Origin: Verrucomicrobiota bacterium
GTDB taxonomy: Bacteria > Verrucomicrobiota > Kiritimatiellia > SS1-B-03-39 > UBA6053
Assembly: GCA_020831635.1 (NCBI GenBank)
Contig: JAFIGC010000013.1
Coordinates: forward strand, 385-64,384
Reading direction: 5' to 3'
Length of the DNA: 64,000 nt
Position numbers and translations under genes: made by a program. The notes beneath the pieces were generated by a model. That model ran no database searches and was not told the origin of the DNA. It was given only the letters and a program-made list of their open reading frames with translations. This document shows, in pieces, positions 1 to 6,837 of the stretch; position 1 is the stretch's first letter, and each line of letters opens with the position of its first letter.

Positions 1-536
1 AGAAAGAAGGGCGCGTCGGCTGGACCCCGCTCTCGCAGGAAACGCACGGCCCGGTCGGTGTAGTGGATTTCCTGGTGACCGAACAACTTGACCCGCTCAT
101 GACCGTCCACGAAATCCTGTTCCTGAAAACGGGCGTTCGTGCCTTTGAGGCTGGTGAACCAGGTGTCGTATCCGGGCATGGGTTCCCAATAATCGCCCGC
201 GTGCCATTTGCCCACCATGCCGGTGTGATACCCGATTTCCTTAAGCAGGGCGCCCAGGGTGGGTTGGCCGGCGATTCCGTGATGTTCCGGATTTTCGTTG
301 GGTTCGCCCAGAAAATCGTGCACCCCGTGGCGACTGGGAATTTGTCCGGTCCAAAAGGAGGCGCGGGAAGGCGAACAGACCGGGTTGGTGCAAAACGCGT
401 GTTCAATGCGCGCGCCGGTGTCGGCCATCCATTGCATGACCGGAGAGTGAATTTCACGGTTGCCATACGCGGAGGAGGCCCATTGGCCGTGGTCGTCGGT
501 AAGAAATACGAGAATGTTGGGCTTGCGGGCAGGCAT
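1..536 (-). CDS. Formylglycine-dependent sulfatase (arylsulfatase-like), N-terminal part; C-terminal part lies beyond the window start
   Basis: Reverse-complement reading from ATG (complement of 534-536) gives MPARKPNILVFLTDDHGQWASSAYGNREIHSPVMQWMADTGARIEHAFCTNPVCSPSRASFWTGQIPSRHGV... It contains the sulfatase C-x-P-x-R motif (CSPSR) with the following SFxTG context, and the N-terminal TDDHG metal-site motif. It is absent from the ORF track because it is open at the window edge. Confidence 0.85.
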   Translation of the reverse strand, partial: MPARKPNILVFLTDDHGQWASSAYGNREIHSPVMQWMADTGARIEHAFCTNPVCSPSRASFWTGQIPSRHGVHDFLGEPNENPEHHGIAGQPTLGALLKEIGYHTGMVGKWHAGDYWEPMPGYDTWFTSLKGTNARFQEQDFVDGHERVKLFGHQEIHYTDRAVRFLRERGPADAPFF

Positions 537-786
537 AGAGTCACTTTCAGTAGGTAACGGATTCAGGGTGAATTGCACCTAAAGGGCCAACACCCACAAT
601 AACAGAAAAATCGCAACTTGCATGATGAGACTTCGTCTGTCGCTACAGATGAAAAACCTGATCACATCACCTTTCCGTAAAATCCTTCTTGTAGGTAGTG
701 TGGGTAATTTGCTAGGGACTTGAAATCACAAAACCAAGCACGTTGATGGCTCTCGTCCCTATCCATGGAGTTTTTAGACCCAGCGC

Positions 787-3234
787 ATGAAAAACAAAAT
801 TCCGCAATCTTCCATTTTGAGTTTCCGTGCCGTGGCATTGGGCCTTCTCCTTGGCCTGTTTATCGCCGGATTTGCCTATTTCAACGATCAAGTCGTGCAG
901 AGCACGTTTCTGATTGGCAATTTTCTGCCAATTGGGGTTTTCGGGGTGGTGTTGTTGCTGATTTTGCTGGTGAACCCTCTTTTGGTGTCCATCCGGGAAT
1001 CGCTGGCGCTGAAGGGGAGTGAACTGGCCATCATTACCGCCATGGGCTTGGCGGCCTGCGCCTGGCCGGGATCCAATCTGTACAGGACTTCCACGGGAAT
1101 ACTGGCGTTGCCGAACCATCTGATCAACTTTGAAAGCAGTTGGCAGTCCAATCATCTCATGTCCTACGTACCGGGCCTTTCGGACGAACTGGCACAAGGG
1201 CATGTCCGGGACTGGGGCGTATTTGCCCGTGACATCACCAACGCCCAGCAGGATGAAGACAGCCCATTTGGGCGTTTAAAAGCGATGATGACCCCAGTGG
1301 AACGAGGCGTCTTTGAAAGGGCGGCTTCCGCCGAAGCCGTCAGTGCCAATGCGGTCCGACAGATGACCGCGACCCTGAACCGTCTGCTGCGGGAACCCGA
1401 CTTGCCAAGTGCCTTGGGGTTGGAGGAAACCCAAGGCATCCAAGATGAGACCGGCGGCGAGTTTTCCGACGTACAACGTATCAAACGAAACCGGGCCCTG
1501 TTGGTGGCCGCATTTCCGGGCCAAGTCTTGCCGTCTCCCCGTGGAGCGTCGGTGTTGGTGGATGTCCGGGAAAACGAAGATCGCGCCCTGAGTCCTTTGC
1601 TCGAAGGCCGCCCCGGGGAGGAGCGCCTGTCGGTTGCCCGACTCCCCTGGGACGTATGGGGGCCGACCATCGGTTTGTGGGGGACGGTGGTGTTGTCCCT
1701 GGGTCTGGCCACGGTTTGCATGGCCCTGATTGTGCACCGCCAGTGGTCCGGCAATGAACTGCTCTCTTATCCGGTGGTGCGATTCCTCGAGGAAACGCTG
1801 GATCGTCAACCCGGCAAACGCCTGCCGGTGATTTTGCAGAATAAATTGTTCTGGCTGGGGTTTGTGCTCATCATCCTTTTTCACCTGCAAAACGGTTTGG
1901 CCGCTTGGTTTCCCGCCGTTCCAAGCTATCCGGAAACCGTCGATTTAAGTCCGCTGACCCGACTTTTTCCCAACGCCCGGCAGGTGCCCGGTGCGGGCGG
2001 AGTTTTTAATGCCCCCCTGTTTTTTTCCGTGATCGCCTTCGCCTTTTATCTCGATTCGCGGATTTCGCTGTCCTTGGGACTCAGCAACCTGTTTTGGGTC
2101 ATATTCGGCGCGTTCTTAATTGGCAATGGCATCACCATCGGCAACAGCTACATGGGGGCGGAAAACGGAAATCTGTTAAGGTTCGGGGCCTACATCGGTT
2201 TTGCCTGCATGATCCTTTACACGGGCCGCCGTCACTACCGGGAGGCCTTTTTGGGCAGTATCGGGCTGCGTCCGAAAGGGGAGCTTCCCGCATACATTTC
2301 TTGGGCGGGTCGCGGTTTGGCGTTGGGTTCGGTGATTTCCGTGATAGGCATGCACGCGGCCGGTCTCACCTTGTTCTGGGCGATCATGTTCACTGGCGCG
2401 GTCTTGATTATTTTTCTGGTGCTGGGGCGAATCGTGGCCGAAACGGGTGCCTTTTTTCTCCAACCGCAGTGGTTGCCCATCGGGGTGTTCACGGCCTTGT
2501 TCGGCTTTGAAGCCATTGGTCCCACCCAGTATATTGTGATGGCCGTGGCCAGCGCCCTGCTGGCGGGAGATCCTCGCACCACCTTGATGCCTTTTATTCT
2601 CAATGGCTTGAAGCTCGGGGATACGGCGGCCGCCAAAGAGAAAAAAAGCGTCGGTGGCAGGTTAGGACTGCTGCTTTTGGGGATGGTGTTTCTTTCCTTT
2701 TTCGTTGCGGGTGCCGCCACCCTTTGGTTTCAATACAATGAGGGTGTGAGTGGCGACCAGTGGGCCAATCGTTCCTTGCCTTCGATGCCGTTTCAGAATT
2801 TGGATCGCAATATCTCCGAACTGGGTGCCCGAGGCACCTTGTCCGAGGTCACCGCAAACACCGCGCGGGGCCGGATCCCTTTCCCCAACCCGGATAAAGG
2901 GGCGGTGGGGTGGATGCTCGGAGGCATGGGGTTGGTGCTGGTGTTTGCGATCGCCCGCCTTCGCCTGACCTGGTGGCCTTTTCATCCGGTGATCTTTTTA
3001 GTGTGGGGCACCTTTCCCATGGGACGCTTTGGCCTCAGTTTCCTGGTGGGCTGGATGATCAAAGAAGCAGTGATTAAAACCGTGGGCGCCAAAGGCTTTC
3101 ATACCGTGAAACCCCTGATGGTGGGGGTGATTTGCGCGGAAGTCCTTGCCGCCATCTGCTGGGGGATTGTGGCGCTGCTCTATTACCGTTCCACCGGTCT
3201 GCCTCCCATCACGTATCGAGTGTTTCCAGGATGA
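787..3234 (+). CDS. Polytopic membrane protein, family A of the duplicated module (function unknown)
   Basis: 815-aa ORF with ATG at 787. It has many hydrophobic helices with a soluble insertion of roughly 230 aa after the first helices. The C-terminal motif WWPFHP...IKEAVIKTVGAKG...KP is shared with 33535-36393 (FPFHP...IKSLVIKYGGMN...KP). The N-terminus LSFRAVALGLLLG resembles the OPT-family N-terminal pattern. The stop overlaps the next start (ATGA at 3231). Confidence 0.8.
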   Translation: MKNKIPQSSILSFRAVALGLLLGLFIAGFAYFNDQVVQSTFLIGNFLPIGVFGVVLLLILLVNPLLVSIRESLALKGSELAIITAMGLAACAWPGSNLYRTSTGILALPNHLINFESSWQSNHLMSYVPGLSDELAQGHVRDWGVFARDITNAQQDEDSPFGRLKAMMTPVERGVFERAASAEAVSANAVRQMTATLNRLLREPDLPSALGLEETQGIQDETGGEFSDVQRIKRNRALLVAAFPGQVLPSPRGASVLVDVRENEDRALSPLLEGRPGEERLSVARLPWDVWGPTIGLWGTVVLSLGLATVCMALIVHRQWSGNELLSYPVVRFLEETLDRQPGKRLPVILQNKLFWLGFVLIILFHLQNGLAAWFPAVPSYPETVDLSPLTRLFPNARQVPGAGGVFNAPLFFSVIAFAFYLDSRISLSLGLSNLFWVIFGAFLIGNGITIGNSYMGAENGNLLRFGAYIGFACMILYTGRRHYREAFLGSIGLRPKGELPAYISWAGRGLALGSVISVIGMHAAGLTLFWAIMFTGAVLIIFLVLGRIVAETGAFFLQPQWLPIGVFTALFGFEAIGPTQYIVMAVASALLAGDPRTTLMPFILNGLKLGDTAAAKEKKSVGGRLGLLLLGMVFLSFFVAGAATLWFQYNEGVSGDQWANRSLPSMPFQNLDRNISELGARGTLSEVTANTARGRIPFPNPDKGAVGWMLGGMGLVLVFAIARLRLTWWPFHPVIFLVWGTFPMGRFGLSFLVGWMIKEAVIKTVGAKGFHTVKPLMVGVICAEVLAAICWGIVALLYYRSTGLPPITYRVFPG

Positions 3235-4568
3235 TGACAAGCTCCCAAACCCCCATGGACCCGGCATGTCCCTCCACTGGTCAAGAGATCCGTTGGATGG
3301 GCCTCAGGATGCAGGTGCCCCTGGACTGGGAGATACGCCGCCATGGCATCTCCCCGGATATTGGTTCCCTGGTGTTCGTGGATCATCGAACCCAACGCAT
3401 GGAAGTCCGCTGGCAACGTCCCGACAAGGAACCGGATCTGAACCGCACCTTGGAACATGCCATGGACGCGGTCCGAAAGGCACACCCCGATGTGCATATC
3501 TCCCCCAGACTTCCGTCCCGAACCGGTGCTTGGACGGGCTTCGTGTATGATCGGGAATCCAGGGTTTATCGCGCGGTATTGTATGAGAAAGACACCAACG
3601 TGTTGTTGCAGACCACCCTGACGCTGGACGGCAGCCGCGAGGAGACCCACGAGTTCGTCCGCAATCTGCTCAATCATCTGACCCTCACCGAAGCGCCGGA
3701 AAAGGCAACCCACTGGCGGGCCTTCGGCATCGATTGCCGGGTCCCTGCGGACTGGGTATTGCGGGAAGCGGTCGCCAAGCCCATGGATATCCGGCTGAAA
3801 TTCGACTGCGGCACCAAACGCATGCTGTCCAAGCAACGCACGACCGCAGAGGTCCGCCGGCTGGGGATGGTCAAAGACTGGTTCGATGGCGACCTCCACG
3901 GTTTCGCCAAAAGCCGGGCCTTGGGCAACCACCCGCACGTTCTCACCGACAATACGGGAGGCAGGGACGTGTTGCGGGTGGAATCCGACGTGGGCCGGTT
4001 TTTCTTTTTGGGACCCTTGGGGCCGAAAGACCACCAACAGTTGCGGCTTTGGCACGACCCGGACATTAACTCCATCCTGGTGCTCAGTCTGACCAACCCC
4101 CGCATTGCCCGAGTCTCGATGGAGGACATTCAGGTGGAAAGCAGTGTGGATGCGTTTCTTTCCCCCGCCGTTCTCGAAGCCCCGCGCTCGGAAAACCAGC
4201 CCCGTTCCCCTCAAGATGCGCTGTTGGACGCCATCCCCGTGCGCAACGAAGCCGTCACCTTGGAACGCGAAGCCGAGGGGGCGATATTGAGGGCGCCCCT
4301 GCGGCAACGCTGGTGGATGCGTCCTCCGTTCGGGTGGTTTTTTCCTTTTCGAGACACCCGGGGGTTCGGCGTGGATGCCTATGGCATGGAGGTGTGGGAG
4401 GCCTGTGACGGCACCCGGAGCGTCAAGGGGATTTGCGAGCGTTTCGCCAAGGCCCACGCCATCAGTTTCGGAGAGGCGCGGGTGGCCGTCTACCAATTTT
4501 TACAAACCCTCACCAAGCGGGAGCTGATTGTGATTCAAGTCACCCAAGACCCCCGGGAGATTGCATGA
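3231..4568 (+). CDS. Soluble protein with an internally duplicated N-terminal domain and a C-terminal PqqD/RRE-like peptide-binding domain
   Basis: 445 aa from ATG 3231 (the ORF-track start at 3132 overlaps the upstream gene). No TM segment is visible. The motif W-x-x-G-[LI]-x-x-x-VP-x-DW occurs twice (WMGLRMQVPLDW and WRAFGIDCRVPADW). The C-terminus FGVDAYGMEVWEACDGTRSVKGICERFAKAHAISFGEARVAVYQFLQTLTKRELIVI fits the PqqD-family pattern. ATGA overlaps occur at both ends. Confidence 0.6.
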   Translation: MMTSSQTPMDPACPSTGQEIRWMGLRMQVPLDWEIRRHGISPDIGSLVFVDHRTQRMEVRWQRPDKEPDLNRTLEHAMDAVRKAHPDVHISPRLPSRTGAWTGFVYDRESRVYRAVLYEKDTNVLLQTTLTLDGSREETHEFVRNLLNHLTLTEAPEKATHWRAFGIDCRVPADWVLREAVAKPMDIRLKFDCGTKRMLSKQRTTAEVRRLGMVKDWFDGDLHGFAKSRALGNHPHVLTDNTGGRDVLRVESDVGRFFFLGPLGPKDHQQLRLWHDPDINSILVLSLTNPRIARVSMEDIQVESSVDAFLSPAVLEAPRSENQPRSPQDALLDAIPVRNEAVTLEREAEGAILRAPLRQRWWMRPPFGWFFPFRDTRGFGVDAYGMEVWEACDGTRSVKGICERFAKAHAISFGEARVAVYQFLQTLTKRELIVIQVTQDPREIA

Positions 4569-6040
4569 AAGAGATCGTCGCCAAAAATCAAGTGGAATTG
4601 GGATCCGCGCGCTGCATACAACTCGCGCTTTCCGGGATCATGTTCCGCCTGTTTCGATCCTCCATCACCATCGTGATTTTGGGTTTGGCGGTGGCCTTTC
4701 TGGCCCACATGCTGGCCTACAGCGTGATTTCCGGCACCACGGAGCGCGCCATTTGGGCGGAATTGGAGGCGGAACGCAGCCTCGGGGTTCGGTTGCGCCG
4801 CTTGGAAAGTCCGGATGCCTTTGCCTCCCTGCTTCTACAGTTCCAGAAACAGGATGCCCATCGCTTGGCCGAGTACAGCCGCTGGGGCGCGTTGAGTGCG
4901 TCGGAGATGGAGCAGACGCTCCGTCGCGCGGCGTTGGTCGCGGATTTTGAACGCGCCGTGCAAAACTTCACCAACCGGCAACGGGCCATTTTGGCGGGGG
5001 ACCGCAATGCGATCGAGTTGCTGGAATATATCGTATCTCCCGAAGCCCTGAACGCCTTTTTGGAACGCTGTCGGCAAATTGAGGTGAGGAGCCCGTTGGG
5101 AAGCCGCGAAGCGCTGGAGACCCTGGTCACGGTGGAATGGCCCGCATTGCAAGAAGTCCTGCACCGGGTGCGGGAAGGGCATCGCCGCGCGGTCGCCCAA
5201 CTGGAACGGGAACTGGAGGGTCAACGTATTTCCGATGCGCTCATTCAAACTCCAGAGGAGGTCAAGGGTGCCGCGGAGGCCGTTGGTTTTTACACCGCCG
5301 CCTATGATTTCGACCGCTTGGCCGCCTTTGCCCGGGATGCCCGCCATCAACGCCGCGTCGAGGAGTCCATCGGGTCATTGCGCATCCGCCAAAGTCTGGC
5401 CGGTCGTTTGAACGTCCCTCCGGTGGAGATACACAGCCTCCGGGTCATGGAATGGATCGCCGAAAATAAAGATCATGCCGCCGAACTGGATCAACTCTTG
5501 GGGGAAACCGAGGGGGTGGAAGCCATTGGCGCGGACAATCTGTACCGCGTCGCCACCCATTTTCTGAAATTTCGCCGTTTGCAAAGTCTGGTGCCGATCG
5601 CCCCCGATCTGGATGCCGAAGACCGTTTCTTTGGTTTGGATCAAAGCGGACGCTGGCTCATCCTGCTCGCTTTTCTGGTCTGCGTGATCGGGGTGGCCAA
5701 CGCCATGTTGATGTCCGTGACCGAACGCTTTACCGAAATTGCCACCATGAAATGCCTGGGGGCGATGGATAAATTCATTATGATGATGTTTGTCTTCGAG
5801 GCCGCCATTCAGGGGCTGGTCGGAGGAATCTTCGGCGCATTGTTTGGCGTGTTTCTGGCCTGGGTGCGCGGGGTCTCCGAATTTGGAGGCACCCTGGTGC
5901 TTGCCGGGGTGTTCGGCACGGTGTTGCTTTCCGCGCTCCTGGCGCTGACCGTGGGCATCCTGCTGGCGGTGCTTGCGGCGGTGGGGCCCTCCTTTGCCGC
6001 CGCCCGCCTCGCGCCGATGGAAGCCATGCGTGTTGAATAA
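4565..6040 (+). CDS. FtsX/MacB-type ABC permease (small partner, copy 1) with a long helical loop between TM1 and TM2
   Basis: 491 aa from ATG 4565 (ATGA overlap). TM1 is SSITIVILGLAVAFLAHMLAY, followed by about 335 aa rich in Arg, Glu, Leu and Ala. The C-terminal FtsX domain reads WLILLAFLVCVIGVANAMLMSVTERFTEIATMKCLGAMDKFIMMMFVFEAAIQGLVGGIFG and ends ARLAPMEAMRVE. Confidence 0.8.
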   Translation: MKEIVAKNQVELGSARCIQLALSGIMFRLFRSSITIVILGLAVAFLAHMLAYSVISGTTERAIWAELEAERSLGVRLRRLESPDAFASLLLQFQKQDAHRLAEYSRWGALSASEMEQTLRRAALVADFERAVQNFTNRQRAILAGDRNAIELLEYIVSPEALNAFLERCRQIEVRSPLGSREALETLVTVEWPALQEVLHRVREGHRRAVAQLERELEGQRISDALIQTPEEVKGAAEAVGFYTAAYDFDRLAAFARDARHQRRVEESIGSLRIRQSLAGRLNVPPVEIHSLRVMEWIAENKDHAAELDQLLGETEGVEAIGADNLYRVATHFLKFRRLQSLVPIAPDLDAEDRFFGLDQSGRWLILLAFLVCVIGVANAMLMSVTERFTEIATMKCLGAMDKFIMMMFVFEAAIQGLVGGIFGALFGVFLAWVRGVSEFGGTLVLAGVFGTVLLSALLALTVGILLAVLAAVGPSFAAARLAPMEAMRVE

Positions 6041-6051
6041 TCCCCTATGGA

Positions 6052-6837
6052 ATGTACCCGATGATCATGACTGCTGAAAACGAAAAGCCAAAACAAACCC
6101 CGCCGGATCGGGCGGTGATCGTGCGGACCCTGGACCTGGAGAAGGTCTATGGCAGCGGCGAGGCCGCCACCTACGCGCTCAACGGGGTGGACAGCACCAT
6201 CATGCGGGGCGAACTCATTGCCATCATGGGCCCTTCCGGTTCCGGCAAAAGCACCTATTTCAACATGATCGGCGCCCTCGACGCCCCCACAAAGGGGCGC
6301 ATTCTCATTGACGAGGTGGATGTGGCCCAACTGTCCGCCTCCGAACTGGCCTTTTTGCGGTGCCGGAAAATCGGCTATATTTTCCAATCTTACAACCTCA
6401 TCCGCTACATGACCGCCCTCGAAAACGTGACCGTGCCCATGACTTTTTCCGGAACCACCCCCGAGGACGCCCGCCGACGGGGCATGGAGCTGTTGGACCT
6501 GGTGGGGCTGGGCGACCGTTGGCAGCACCGCCCCATCGAAATGTCAGGCGGACAGCAGCAACGGGTGGCCATCGCCCGCTCTCTGGCCAATCAACCCCAA
6601 ATCCTGCTGGCCGACGAACCCACCGCCAACCTCGATTTTCAAACCGGGGAAGAGGTGCTTGAAATTCTGCGCAAAATCAACCAGGAACGCGGGGTGACGG
6701 TGATTTGCTCCACCCACGATCACCGTCTGCTCTACCTCTGCAACCGCATCATGTGGATTCGGGACGGCAAGGTCGAACGGGTCGAAAAACGCGAAAACAT
6801 GACCATTAAAACCGGGAAAATCGGAGGAGAATCCTGA
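6052..6837 (+). CDS. ABC transporter ATP-binding protein, MacB/LolD/FtsE-like (class I of the module)
   Basis: Walker [10 protein letters not shown], signature [13 protein letters not shown], Walker [14 protein letters not shown]-loop STHDH. It shares LRCRKIGYIFQSYN and ERGVTVICSTHDH with 44696-45520. Confidence 0.9.
   Translation: MYPMIMTAENEKPKQTPPDRAVIVRTLDLEKVYGSGEAATYALNGVDSTIMRGELIAIMGPSGSGKSTYFNMIGALDAPTKGRILIDEVDVAQLSASELAFLRCRKIGYIFQSYNLIRYMTALENVTVPMTFSGTTPEDARRRGMELLDLVGLGDRWQHRPIEMSGGQQQRVAIARSLANQPQILLADEPTANLDFQTGEEVLEILRKINQERGVTVICSTHDHRLLYLCNRIMWIRDGKVERVEKRENMTIKTGKIGGES

Noticed and set aside
63-557. 164-aa plus-strand ORF at the window start
   Set aside because: It lies antisense to a sulfatase reading frame that carries the CSPSR formylglycine motif. 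It has no recognisable motifs and looks like a high-GC shadow ORF.
4433-4564. N-terminal extensions offered by the ORF track (for example 4433, 3132, 18698, 29686, 58911, 60237, the 52652 end of rodA and the 17461 end of the DUF2007 gene)
   Set aside because: Most of these extensions overlap the upstream gene in another frame, or lie in upstream intergenic DNA. They are Arg/Pro-rich, and some begin at TTG or GTG. Internal ATG codons give start-stop coupling or a Shine-Dalgarno match and sensible N-termini.
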